DNA of 64,000 bases from Eledone cirrhosa (taxonomy: Eukaryota). This document shows, one piece after another, positions 30,747-45,365 of this stretch (position 1 is its first letter; every line of letters starts with the position of its first letter). The DNA lies in NCBI GenBank assembly GCA_964016885.1, contig OZ024745.1, forward strand, positions 26,784,001 to 26,848,000. The letters run 5' to 3'. The notes under the pieces are model-generated. The model did not search any database and had not been told where the DNA came from. It was given only the letters and a program-made list of their open reading frames with translations. A program made the translations under genes and the position numbers.

Positions 30747-30918
30747 ATAGGAAAATGTTCAAGGCCCCGACGGCAGAGTTCAGAAATAGCCGTCGAAAGG
30801 GCTTGAGCTCTGCCGTCGGGGGTCTTGAACATTTTCCTATTACCCACTCTACTACCCTAAGTATTGAGTTCTCTGGTGCGTTATGGTCCATCTGGTTCCT
30901 TACCACACTTCCTTCGTT
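30747..30918 (+). mobile_element. Fold-back mini-PLE, family A copy 2
   Basis: Shorter inverted arm, same tail. Confidence 0.8.
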
Positions 30919-30934
30919 ATATATATATATATAT

Positions 30935-31898
30935 ATTGTTATGCTTTGGGAGGGTCATGTTGCCAATAAGAAACACACGCACCAGTTGCTTTCACTTCAA
31001 TTTATTATAAATTAAATTTATAAATTTAGGAATTTATAAATTTCCGGTTGGTTTTCAAAGACATCCCTGTATAGATAAGAAATGTATAATCTGTAAACTA
31101 AGCCCCCATATTAACTGTAAAACTAGAAATGTAGTATATAGCATAAGATGTACTGAAGGACAATGTAGAGATAAGAATATAGTGTACATAGGTGAGACAG
31201 CTCGTAGTATAGGGGAACGGATAAATGAACACTGGCGAGAGCTTCAAGATAGTAAAGAATCATATGTACTCCACCAACATACTAAAATAGAACATAAGAG
31301 TAAATTAGAGAACATAGAAATAAAAATAGAATCTACACACAGAAAAGACGCAATGTTTAGACAAATCACACAGGCAATAAACATAAATGAACTCCAACCA
31401 AAATTAAATAGAAAACATGAATGGAATAGCAACATCACAACTTACAATTAAGGACAAAATGAAAACACACACACACATAGAACAAACAACCAACCAGTAA
31501 CATGTAAATAAACAAATAAATAAACAAATATAAACACACAGAGACACCCGGATGTAACACATGCGCAAACTAAGCACACAACAAAAACAAGATGGCGTAG
31601 GACAGAACAAAGGAGAGGCACAAAAACAAAGAAAAGAATCCCCTGTCACTGAAGAGGTCACAGAATGTGTGACGAAAGAACTATGACAATATATGAACAA
31701 TCGTCTGGTTGTGGAACCAACCAACCAACCGGAAATTTATAAATTCCTAAATTTATAAATTTAATTTATAATAAATTGAAGTGAAAGCAACTGGTGCGTG
31801 TGTTTCTTATTGGCAACATGACCCTCCCAAAGCATAACAATATCGGTTTCAACACGTTTTCAGATAAAGAATCTTGCTAAACAAATTCAGAAACGAAA
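30935..31898 (+). mobile_element. 5'-truncated Neptune-type Penelope element with inverted 5' pLTR
   Basis: Open frame 31053-31451 with CIDKKCIIC, NVVYSIRC, YIGETARSIGERINEH, PKLN. 30935-31053 is the reverse complement of 31723-31841. Unpaired tail 31844-31898, (TA)n on both sides. Confidence 0.9.
31644..31688 (+). ncRNA. Complete minimal type I hammerhead ribozyme in PLE pLTR
   Basis: tgtca-CTGAAGA-g-gtcaca-gaatg-tgtgac-GAAA-gaacta-tgaca. Confidence 0.85.
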
Positions 31899-31920
31899 TA
31901 TATATATATATATATATATA

Positions 31921-32094
31921 CGTAGGTCCCGGGTTGAGTCGGGGATACCCACAGTAAGTAAGGTACTCAATACATGGCAGAGTAAATTTTTTTTATTTTA
32001 TAGAAGGAGCTTCTACAGGACTAGTACTGTTTCATTCATCTGAATGAAACAGTACTAGTCCTGTAGAAACTCCTTCTATAAAATAAAAAAAAAT
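31921..32094 (-). mobile_element. Fold-back mini-PLE, family B
   Basis: Inverted repeat 31986-32094 centred on tttcattc-atct-gaatgaaa, with GAAACAGTA. Tail 31921-31985. Relative at 51485-51610. Confidence 0.75.
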
Positions 32095-32107
32095 ATATAT
32101 ATATATA

Positions 32108-32530
32108 TATATTAGTAAAAAGGAACAGAAAATGCTGACAAATTTTTCCCAGTGAAAAATAGTTTAATTAGGAATAAGTATAAATTAGTAATAAGTATTG
32201 GTTAGTATTCAGTTTTAGTTTTAAGTTTTACCGGTTGCGCATTTCAAATGCTTTTCAAAAATCATTTTGAGATAGAGCGCTCGTGATGTTTGCTCAGATT
32301 AGAGCAAACATCACGAGCGCTCTATCTCAAAATGATTTTTGAAAAGCATTAGAAATGCGCAACCGGTAAAAACTTAAAACTAAAACTGAATACTAACCAA
32401 TACTTATTACTAATTTATACTTATTCCTAATTAAACTATTTTTCACTGAGAAAAATTTGTCAGCATTTTCTTTTCCTTTTTACTAATATATCACAATTCG
32501 TGTGTCACACCTCTATTTTTTTTTTAAATA
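32108..32530 (+). mobile_element. Large fold-back insert in (TA)n (~185-bp arms)
   Basis: Near-perfect inverted repeat with apex at 32296-32301 and a short unpaired tail. Confidence 0.75.
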
Positions 32531-33185
32531 TATATATATACCTTTTCTACGGAAACACACACACACACTAAACGTGGTTTTGTCTTTGCGTGTAATTGTT
32601 CCCACGCTCCACATAATTACGTATTATCTTCGTTTTTTCCGTTCATTGCCAGGGAACGTCTCCACGAACCACCTAATAGATATGTCTACGACTTCATTTA
32701 TACCATAAACGTGGTTTTGCCTTTGCGTGTAATTGTTTTCAACGCTCCAAATAATGACGTATTATCTTCGTTTTTTTTCGTTCTTTGCCAGGGAACGTTT
32801 CCATGAAGCAAAGTATCGTCTTCCTGTCTTCCTTCGGTTGCAACGTTTTTCGAAATATTTACTTCTGCGCTCACAGATTGATTTTTTTTTTCAGAAGATC
32901 CCGTTAACGGTGAAAGCAGCGATTCTTTGCTTAAACTTTAATCTGTTATTTTAATAAATATATATATATATATATAATAAATCAAGAAAGAAGAGTGACA
33001 CGGTTTGCTATACAAAAAAGGTTTTTAATCACATTGCTGACAATTGTTTCTCTGAACTGGTAGGTCTAGAGATCGCTACACCTTGTTGAGTCAAACTTAG
33101 CCAAGCGTTGATATCATCCACTACTCGGAGTACCCTAACTGGACTACACCTAAGTAGACTACCTATAACAATAATCTGTTATCCC

Positions 33186-33279
<94 letters not shown>

Positions 33280-33932
33280 CCTTCTCCATCTAATATGCTG
33301 AAAGACAGGCGATGTACCTGTAACCTGTCCTGTGAGACGTGGGTTGAGCGTTCAATATTTACGTATCCGGGACTCATAATAGGAGCATGATGGGAGAAAC
33401 GTTTCTTTTCTTCTGGAGTATATTTTGTGAAGTATTGGAGGGGTGTCGAAATGCTTGAAAGCCATGGCTTAGTATATGTGTATGTGATTGTGTACATATA
33501 TGTACGTGAGTGTGTATATGTGTATGAAAATGTGTATATATCTATGTGTGCTTGTGTGTGTATATATGATTATGCGAGAAATCGTTTCATCCTGTTTACG
33601 TACTCCAAACATTCACTGGCGATAAAGAGAAAAAATACGTCTATACTTTATTATATAAATATTATGTTTTGTTAAGAGTTCGTATCACATTTTAATTAAA
33701 CCATTGGGTCCATCTACACGATAGTCTACTGTTATACAGTATATTGGTATATTATTCCCGCTTACATCCGTGTCGAGACATTAAAGATTATGTAAACGAT
33801 TTCAAAAGTATATGTGCAGGTGTTGTCACACTTTAGTTTCACTTCGCATATTTTCCTCTTATCTATTAATTATATCAAATATAGCAATGTGTGTATGTGT
33901 AGTTATTTGTGTATGTGTACGTAGGTATGTAC

Positions 33933-34014
<82 letters not shown>

Positions 34015-35439
34015 TTGTAGGTAGGTCATATATATATATATATATATGTTTGTGTCTGTGTGTTGTGTGTCTACGTACGTATGTAAACTTTATATCATTC
34101 TCTATCTCTCTCTTCCAGTATTTCAATCTCTCTATCTGTATCGTCCTCAATTTCATTATTTTTCTTTCTCTCTTTCACACATAATTGGACTCATTTCTCT
34201 TCACTCACACTTTCACACTGTCACACTGTCACACAACCATGCATGCAGACGCACGAAGACACAGATTTTTTGAGGAGCAGAGAGAGGGGGATAGAGAAGG
34301 GTGGGGGTGACATTGAGGAATTTAGTGCAAAAAGTTTTAGTAAACAATAAATATTTTGACGAAATACAGCTCAGTGTTCTGAGGACAAATCTTTACACAA
34401 TCAAGATATACTCTTTTGGTAAACGTTGAACTAATTACTGGTAATAAATTCAAATATAATTATTTACTTATACTTCAAAATGAGTGTCTTCTCACAATCT
34501 ACACGTGAAATTTCTCGTCCTCTTTTACCTTTATTTTTTCTGGCCTTTTAGTTCTAATTGACTATTTTCTCCACCTATTTTCAAAAGTAAGGCCTTTTCC
34601 AACGACTGAAAACAGTTTTTTCCCATTTCGCTTGGCCTCAAACTAATAACATTGACTTTTATCTAAAACTGTCTGAGAAAATAATATAGGTAAGGGTCAA
34701 CCGAGAAATAAATTCAAAAATCATTTTTATTAGCTAATCTAAATAAAACATTCACGATTCACTAAATATATTTTTGGTTTTTAAAAGAGACAAGTCCGAT
34801 CACGTTCAAACTTATTTCGTCCTTCTTATATCATATTATCCCACTATAGAAGTATTGCGTCTTTCGCTCCAACCGGCGCTGTGATTTGTATTTAATATAC
34901 AAAACCCATACCAGTCTAAATTTTAACTCTACTTGGTAACAGCCTATATTTCACAAGTGACAATTGTAATTCAATTGAACAACTCACATAATACACGCTC
35001 TTGTATATTTGGGGGTCATTATGATCCCCGAATAGAATAATGTAACTCACTTAACACATACTTGGCGGTAATATCACCAAATATCATCCACAAAGTACAT
35101 ACTCTACACAACCATCTCTCAGTAACATAAGATTAGAAAGATTGCTGGTTGTATTATTAATAATTGTATCTGGACGGGTTTCTTCGATCTTCTTATCATT
35201 CTAGTGATGTATATCCCAGATGATTGTGACCAGGCCGCTGTCTTGTTTTGTGTTTGGTACATATTTACCACTTTTTATCCCTTTCATATTGAAGTGTCGG
35301 TACAGTTACCAGCTTGGTCGCATGTGTGGATATATTTCGACTTTGCAAAACTGTGCAAGCAGAAATGTTGCAAACAATTGTCTCATTGAGCTGACATACA
35401 TTTGATTATTATTATCATTATAATTAGGGTGGGGTAGGG

Positions 35440-36443
35440 TGCTGGAGATCCAATATAGTAGAGCACCAAACAAAATGTTTTAGGCTATATAGTTACGAAT
35501 TTTACGTTCTGTCTTCAAACCACACCGAAAACAGCTTCGCCTTTCATCCTTCCGGGGTCGATAAAATAAAGTAACAGTCAAGTACTTGGGTTTGTATAAA
35601 CAACATTCCCTTCTACCCAAAACTGTTAGCCTTATGCCATAATCAGAAACCATTGTTAAGGATGGTGGATTAACAGAGTCGTTAGAACTTTGGACAAATA
35701 GATCTTGGACATTATTTCTTCCGACTCTTTACTTTCAAATACACCGAGGTTTCCTTTGCTCTATATCCTTCATACCAGTAAAGAACTGAAGGTTTATATA
35801 ATTGACTTCCCTGTCCACATATTGTAGACATTGTCTCGTAGAATCATGACATTCTAGATTCAAGTCCTGCCAGGGTCGACTTTATCTTTCATCCTTCGGT
35901 GGTTGATAATATTAAATACCAGTAAAGAAGTAGGTGTGGTATAATCGACTTTCTTCTTCCTCATCTTGTCATCATATTCATCATCATCATCATTGTCATC
36001 ATGATTGGTTCCGTCAGGGTTACATTCAAAGGAGAAATAGTATTTCTATTGATGGGTGGTTGATTGGCAGAATCGGTAGAGCGTCGGACACCATGCTTTG
36101 CAACAGAGAGTTTATGGCTCTTTAAGTTCTGAGTTCAAATCCCGCCGAGGTTAACTTTGCCTTTCATCCTTACGGGGTCGATAAAATAAAGTACCAGTAA
36201 TGCAGTGGTTAATTACTGGCCTTGCGCCAAAAGCAGAAACAATTATTTTGTAGGGCGGTGAATTGGCAGTATCGATAGAGGGTTGGACGCCATGCTTACG
36301 CCATAGTTACGTCCCTTTATGGTCTGACTTCAAATCCCGTCGAGGTTAACTTTGCCTTTCATCCTTACGGGGGTCGATAAAATAAAATACCAGTAATGTA
36401 CTGGATAATTGCTGGCCTTGTCCCAAAAGTAGAAACAATTCAT
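35440..36443 (+). mobile_element. Cluster of about 5 MetaSINE-type SINEs (three old; young copies at 36053-36247 and 36253-36443)
   Basis: Repeated tttcatcct..gtcgataaaataaa core at decreasing divergence. Confidence 0.8.
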
Positions 36444-37133
36444 TTGTAAGGATGCAATTTGTAATTCGAGGTCTAATTGGTTAAGATACCTTCCCAATTG
36501 TAATAGTATGGGGCCAAAATCCCCGAAACCAACTTGGATTATCTTAATGTTAACAGGTGAGGTTGGCCACATTTGTACAATTTCGATCTCAAAGTCAGTA
36601 TATTTTATTATTTTAAATTTCTTTCAAGGCTGTACTTTTCCATGATGGTTACATTATTAGTTAAGCACGATCACCTATTTCCGAGCATAAATACAATATC
36701 ACGTCTGCTGTGTTCAAATCTGCGAATATGTAATGTCCAAGAGTGTAGCGCTATTGATCGTAGATCTGGACAGTCAGCACTGACGTAATAGTAAACAACA
36801 ACAACATCAACACAATAACAGACTTCACGAATAACTCAGCAACGAACATGACATTGCCATCCATATCAAAAAAACAGTATACAAATGTATTATGCATTTC
36901 TGAATTTTATGCTTCAAAAACTCGGTTAGACGAAACTCGAAATTAAAGCTCATTTTTAGGTTAAAGAAATGACTGGAATTTTTTAATTCGCTGGATATTG
37001 GGGAAATCGAGAAAAGAACAACAAAACAACTTTGACTACCAGAAAAAAATCTACAAATACTATCACGCAGTGAAAATGTCTTTATACAAATATAAATATT
37101 TATGACACTTTTCTTTGTGCGCGGACACACAAA

Positions 37134-37183
<50 letters not shown>

Positions 37184-37207
37184 TATATATATATATATAT
37201 TAATATA

Positions 37208-37341
<134 letters not shown>

Positions 37342-37439
37342 TATATATATATAATTATATATTTATATATATATGTGTGTATGTGTGTGTACGTGGGTGT
37401 GTATGTGTGTATGTAAGCTATATCAAAGTAATTTTCTGC

Positions 37440-37495
<56 letters not shown>

Positions 37496-37977
37496 AGATT
37501 GCTTTATATATATATATATATACATTGACGGACAAATGTTCATGTGAGTTAACAAAAGTAGGCGTGTTAATTACGCAATACAAACTCACACGCACACACA
37601 TACACACACATATATTTACGTATATTAAATATATATACATATATATATATATATAAGGGATGAGACTTCCTAATAGATTGGTAGGTAGACACCTATTGTA
37701 TTAGTAATATGGACAGTATTCGTATAATTGGTATCATGTAGAGATCGTATTCAACCGGTCGAGAATTAATTTAACAGTCATTTCAGAATTATATGTATGC
37801 GCCTGTTTGTGTGTTTATATGGTATATGTACTTGCAAGGGTGTCTATATAGCATACACATATACATGCATGCATAAATAGAAAGGTATATTTATATATAT
37901 ATATATATACCTTTCTATTTATGCATGCATGTATATGTGTATGCTATATAGACACCCTTGCAAGTACATATTTATAT

Positions 37978-38076
<99 letters not shown>

Positions 38077-38175
38077 TGTGTAAGGAGATTAGATGTTACT
38101 AATGAAAGTATGTGTATATATATATAATGTATAAATATATAAATATGTGTATATATACATACATATATATATATG

Positions 38176-38238
<63 letters not shown>

Positions 38239-38897
38239 TTTATCTAACATCCAAAACGTACAGTTGTGCTTTCGAGTGAATTAACGTGCAAAATACCTGA
38301 GTATTCCCCAAAGACCTTTATCGTTAGTCTCAAGTAGATTAAGTGTGATACAGTGTGGTAACGTGACCAACACTTTCAAATTACATAGCATCCTATAAGC
38401 TGCTACACAGTTTCTATCTCCGAAATGTCACTGACAAGGCTTAGATAGACTCGATGCTATACCAAAAGAAATTCAAGAATCCACCCCATGGGACGAACCA
38501 TTGATTTAGTGTTTGCGAAATGCATTTCTTTTATTTTGTCCGTATTCTCCAAAAATTCCGATAAGCTGATGTTATAGGATTTATGTCCCTTGATACTTTG
38601 GTTTGGATTTTAAAATCTATTAGAGGGAGTTTTTGTCTTCTCACTGCAAAGATAATCTTAGTTAATTGAAGATTGACAACTTACTTTATTACATATATGA
38701 GACTCTACGTGTATTTAGCATGCCGAATGATGCATAACTGCCAGACACTACTACACCCATATATACAAACTGTGATATAGCCATATCGATCTCATACAGA
38801 TCCACATATACAACACATATACACAGACACGTAAATGTATGTTCAAAATCAGTGCTACACACGCATATACACTAATTGTAAATATCAATTTAACCAA

Positions 38898-38979
<82 letters not shown>

Positions 38980-39206
38980 ACACACACACACATATTTCAC
39001 TTCTTTCTTACTAACTCTACAATGCTGTCATAAGCATCCTATAATCTCAGTGTAGGAGAGGTCCTCTACGTGAGCAGCCAACCTAGTAAAAATAGCAACG
39101 AATCTCCCTCAAACCAAATTGAAAATAAAAATGGAATGCAATAATTCATTGTATGTGTATGTTTATGCATATATATATATAGGTGTGTGCGTGTGTGTGT
39201 GTGTGT

Positions 39207-39262
<56 letters not shown>

Positions 39263-39570
39263 ATGCATCAAGGATTTTCATGCACTAACGATGGTGTCTT
39301 TTTCAGACATATATATATACACACACACACAGTGCCATTTATCTCAATACTCACTCTTCTTAGATTCTCTATCCACCCTCAACTTCATATGATGTAACCA
39401 CTCCATAATTTTACTCATCTTGGACGAGATTATATTTTAAATTAACAAACTTTAATAGATTCTAAAGTTGATCCAATTCAATGAGAATTGGATCAGTATT
39501 ATTTCTGTAATCTAGTCACACTAAATATCGACTAATTTATTTTGTATCTTATGAACGTCCCCTTTCACAG

Positions 39571-39603
<33 letters not shown>

Positions 39604-41157
39604 ACGTGTGTGTGTGTGTGTGTGTGTGCAAGTGAGTGCATGTGTTTCTGTATGTGTGTATACTTGAGTGTGTATGTATGTATGTGTGTGTGTGTGTTTG
39701 CTAATGTATATGAGGTTGCGAAATTTAAGGAGCTCCTAACATCCGCAAGGACTAGAAATGACCAAGATCGCTAAATAAGTACCAGGTTCATTCTTTTTGT
39801 GTGCAGTTATGAGATTAATGAGAAAAACATGTAGCCAGCCAGCCAGCTAAGGAAGGTGTTAGCATTTATATAGATGAGTGTAGGCGTAGGAGACTCAAAG
39901 TGCCCTCACGGGTGCAGATGTAAATGTGCTAAGTCTAATGGCTGGAACTATTTTCTAATGTTTATTGTACAATGGTTAGCAAAACTTCTGCTAACAGTGC
40001 CAAACAGTCAAACTGCATTTACCTTGTACGAAACCGGATTCCTAAGCATTTAAAAGGCTTGAAATATTTCAACTGTTTTTGTAAATCTGGGTGGAGAGAA
40101 CTTTCAGATATCTATTTCTTTTTATTCATCTCTTTATTCTTTACGTTCTCGTACGTGTCTTTCATTTATTGTAATTGTTGTTCTTTTTTCTTCTACTTTA
40201 ACTTTTACTATTGGTAGTAATACTATTTTTTTTTTTTTTCGAAACCTTACGAAGAATAAACAAACTCTAGTCGGTGGTTTACGAAGTAAATGTACTCAGT
40301 CTGTTAATGGAACGAGGAAAAAGGAAAGGTTTAGTAAAGTAAGAGACAAACAAATAAAAATGAAATTAAATAACAAAGTCAAACTTGCCGTTTTTTGTGG
40401 GGACTGGTACACGTGGGTGGAGGCCATAAAGTCGTATAATAGCCATAGAATACCGTAGTGTATAATGATGATTATCAGGAAAATATTTTTGCCAGCCGTA
40501 AAGTATTTAGTTAGCTTTCATTACAAAATTGGTGAATAATGCAATCAAAAAAAGATCAATGCTTCTATGGTATTGATATTTATTGTGGAGTCCAGGGTAA
40601 CATATTACAATAAATAGGTCGGGTAATATAAAACTAGTGGAGGTTTTTATTGATTTGTTTATTTGTTTCTGGGAGAGGCACGGTGGGGCAGCTGGAAATA
40701 ATTGTTGTTGCTGCTGTTGTTAGCAGACGTCCGTCGGTTCTGATGAAGATAGTCGTTTAATCAACGGAACAGACGGCTTTTGAAATTAACATACAAGTGG
40801 CTGAGTATCCCATAGTCATGAGGATGATTAACTTAATTCTCAAGAATGTTCAGCACGAGGCAGTGTGGGAAAAGGCCGGATATTTGAAATACGGATACAA
40901 CAGATTTTTACCAAAAAGTGTCTTGTTTAAGAACACAACGCACACCGGGATGTGAAGTTACAACCCTAACCACATAGCCACACTATTTCACATACAATAA
41001 TGAAGTAGTGACCAATTATCAAGCTAAAAAAATATTTGCCGTGATTTCAAAAGTCGTATCTTCCAGTCTTACGGTCGTTAGATATTCCTCAGTCTGTTTT
41101 TATGATTCAGTGAAGACTAAGAGTTGAAGTAAACAAGATATTGTTTCCAAATTACAC

Positions 41158-41226
41158 AATCTTTATCTTAAAACAGATCAAATCTTTATCTTAAAACAGA
41201 TCAAATCTTTATCTTAAAACAGATCA
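41158..41226. repeat. 23-bp tandem repeat x3
   Basis: aatctttatcttaaaacagatca repeated three times. Confidence 0.9.
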
Positions 41227-41358
41227 AAACTTTATCGAGAAACCGATACAAAAACCGTAGCAGTGAAAATATGTTGGACACAAAAATGGCAGCTGTTTAC
41301 ATACTATTTAAAATTACTAGCTCATTGGTTTCACCTACAAATTTGTCCCTCGTTATTA

Positions 41359-41657
41359 TGGTGGATTGGCAGAATCGGTAGAGGGTCGGACGCCATGCTT
41401 TGACGCTTAGAGTTACGGCCCTTGCCATTCTGAGTTCAAATCCCGCCGAGGTTAACCTTGCCTTTCATCTATACGGGGTCGATAAAATAAAGTACCTGTA
41501 ATGTACTGGGTAATTGCTAGCCTTGTGCCAAAAGTAGAAACAATTATTATTCCCGCCAAGGTTAACTTTGCCTTTCATCCTTACGGGGTCGATAAAATAA
41601 AGTACCGGTAATGTACTGAGTAATTGCTGGCCTTGTGCCAAAAGTAGAAACAATTAT
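41359..41657 (+). mobile_element. MetaSINE-type SINE followed by a second 3' half
   Basis: Full copy to about 41548, then a copy starting at tcccgccaaggttaac. Confidence 0.85.
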
Positions 41658-43847
41658 TTTACACATAAGTAAATACTAACCATAAAGGCCGGATAAATAT
41701 ATTATTACTATAACTTAGCTATATGATTATACACCTATACACACACACACACAAAATTAATTCTAAATAAAATATAATAAGCGGTAAGTTCATATCTACT
41801 TGACTGCCACTTTTGATTGGCGGGCATTTTTGTTGTTTGGTTTGTAGTTTTTGTGTGCTTGTTTTTGTTGTTGCATTTTGTATGTGTGTATGTTTTGTTT
41901 TTTAGTTTTTTGTTTTTTTTTACTTCAACCGTTTTAGGGAAAAGTGAGTGCGGTGAACTTGGTGCTGTTATCCACCGAGGTGTAACAACCAGGCCATATA
42001 GTTGACATGTTTGCAGTTAACGATTTTAACGATTGTAATGACTTTTGCTCTTGTGTTTGTAATGAAAAGAAGTTTTCTGAATTACTAATATTACGGTGTT
42101 GATCGCTCTAATTTGTATTGGAGGCAGTATTAATAGTTTCTGTGGAATTAATAACTATAGACAATTAGCATTATAGCGTTATAGCATTATGTTATGCATA
42201 TTCTCTTATCTATCCGATAATCTTAAGAAGCAATAAAGTGATGACAGCGAATTACCTTTACGATAGGTGTTACTAAAATGGCAGGAAAAAGCAAAATGAT
42301 TTATCACGCAGTTGTTGTTCAAAACTATTGATTGGTAATACATAAATTCTATACCAATAAATCCTATTTATAAAGGAAACATTTCACTTTAATATAATAA
42401 TGTTTACGTTTGAAACATTATATAAAAATCTGTGCTATAATTATATTACCGCCGGCTTTTTTTGTCAGTTTTTTTATGCAATTTTATTTCTATAATTCTC
42501 TCTCTCACTCACTCTCTCTTTACACACACATGTTCATATACTCACACATACGCATACACACATACACACACACACACGTACATACACACACATACACACA
42601 CACGCACCCAAACCCCACACACATGTGCTCCAATCTCACCCAGTCCTGTCAAGGTCGATAAAATAAGTACCATTTGATAAACAATATTAGAATCCCGTGA
42701 TTTTCACTATGCCCTAATATTTCTTAAACTATAGGTAACGATCCCTTCCCAATGGAAAGGGTACACAAAAAGATTATTTAAGTTCATTAGAGCTTTTACC
42801 TTTGTTTAAATTAATATAATTAAAATACACACGCAAGACATATCTATATGATATAAAATGTGAGTATGGAACAACTATAGAACAAGAATAAAAGTGCAGT
42901 TTGTCATACAACACTTCTCTTCATATCCAGTTATGGATTCTCATTACCATTTTACCCTGAGACCCAGACATCCAATGATTATCTTCAACTGTAAAACAAA
43001 AACATTGTTTATAATGCATCCAATGTGCGTTAAAGATTTAGCTGATTCAATGATGATTTTCTTACATAAAACCAAAAAGTAAAGCTATATTACAAAAGAA
43101 AACTTGTTGTAAGTTCTCTTTCTGGCGCGGAATTGTTAAGCATCTAAAGTTTCATTCACTTTCCGATGGGTGTCACCGCATTCAGGTTTTACAACTATTA
43201 CTAACAATGTTGCTCTTTCTGCTAGGAGTTGTGGCTGGGAGATAGTACTAACAATAGAAAGACCAACGGAAACATTGTTTTCTTGGTCTGATTTGACGAG
43301 TTTCACCCTATTCGGTAAGTGAATGAGGTCTGGGAACTTGTAGATCGATTAAAAAAGAAACTAACAATGCGTTAAAATGTAATGTTCTCACAATGCCTAT
43401 AGTCCAATGACTGAAACTATTAAAATAATATATCCACAAGATAATGATGTTTACACAGTAAACTCTGCATTACAAAAATATGCTTCATGTGAGTTGGGGA
43501 TATGGTAAATAACGGGAAAGTAAGAGTATACCAAAAGTACGATTGCATGTATGATACATAGTGACTCTTAATATAATAAAACTATATGGAATTTCAATAA
43601 GACTAAATTTACACAGTGTATTCGGTGATCAGGGCGTAAGACGAACCTCGAAAATCAGTGTTGAACATTTCAGCTGACATAGATCTACACGAGGTGAACG
43701 TTCCCACCATAATTTACGGCATACGTTTAATTACAAACGGTCGTCTAATTGGAAATGGCTATTCAGATACAAAGAAATGTGTTACGAGGTCTTGAAAACT
43801 TAACATTAAAATATTTTATCTTTTTATCCGACAAACATATATGCATA

Positions 43848-44042
43848 CGAGGGTCGGCTGGAAAATTCGTAGGCTGACTAAGATTCTCTCATGGAATGAC
43901 CAAATGAGGTTTATTTTTCAACATAGTCCCTGGAAAGAAACAATACAGTTATTAATAAGAAGAGTTGAAATGAATGCATGCAATATTTCACAGCCCTATC
44001 ATTCATTTATAGTCAGCCTATGAACCTTTCAGCCGACACTTG
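43848..44042. mobile_element. mariner-type MITE
   Basis: TA|CGAGGGTCGGCTGGAAAATTCGTAGGCTGAC ... GTCAGCCTATGAACCTTTCAGCCGACACTTG|TA. Confidence 0.8.
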
Positions 44043-44811
44043 TACATAGACAGCAAATTGACAAAGTAGTTAGAACGTAGGGTAGAGTTTTGGTGAATTC
44101 GTTTCGGCTCTCTGAGTTCAAATACGAGGTCATCTTTCCCCTTTATCGTTTCGAAGTTGATAAAAAGTACCAGCCCATACATATCTATTCCTCCTTTCTA
44201 TCACTGTTTCACATTCTCTGGAAGAATTCAACTGGGTTCATATCTGGAGGGGAATGGATTCCGCAAAGTTCTAAATATCTCTATGTCACTACAGCACCAC
44301 TAGGACTCCATCAGGATTTCCTGGTCTGTAAATATATATAACATATATAAAGACATAATCCTACAACTAACGAGAGACCCTATGCGGTTGATCACCATGC
44401 TAAAGATAGCAACCTAATCTCCATCAAATCACCTTCTACCGTTTTATCATAAGATAGAAAATATTTGGTTCTGTAATCTTAGATATAAAATGCAAAAGAA
44501 TAAAACATAGATGCTCCCAATTGTAATATATTTTCGATCTGGGTTAAGCTGAGGCTGGGCAACAACAATACATGCATATATAATGTATATAGAACTACAC
44601 TATATAGATTTTTGGAATGCAGTCTAGTCAAATATAATACGACACGGGTATTTATATTTTTGTGTGATATTTGACGTCATAAAAAATTCAGACAGTGACA
44701 ATGAAAAGGAAGATAGATAGAAGAGCAAAGAGATGAGAGGACAAAAGTGATAGTGAGAATGTGACTGAGAATATAAATAGATGGAGACTAATTGGGATTT
44801 ACACACACACA

Positions 44812-45160
<349 letters not shown>

Positions 45161-45322
45161 GGAGAGAGAGAGAGAGCGGGGGCGGACATAAACGTAAATA
45201 CATACAAAGATATATACATGTATACATACACAGAAGACTGTAAAGGATTAGTCTAAAATCTTTGATGAAATGAAATTGACAATGATTGTAAATTCATTCA
45301 AATGCACTTCAACAAGACGGTC

Positions 45323-45358
<36 letters not shown>

Positions 45359-45365
<7 letters not shown>

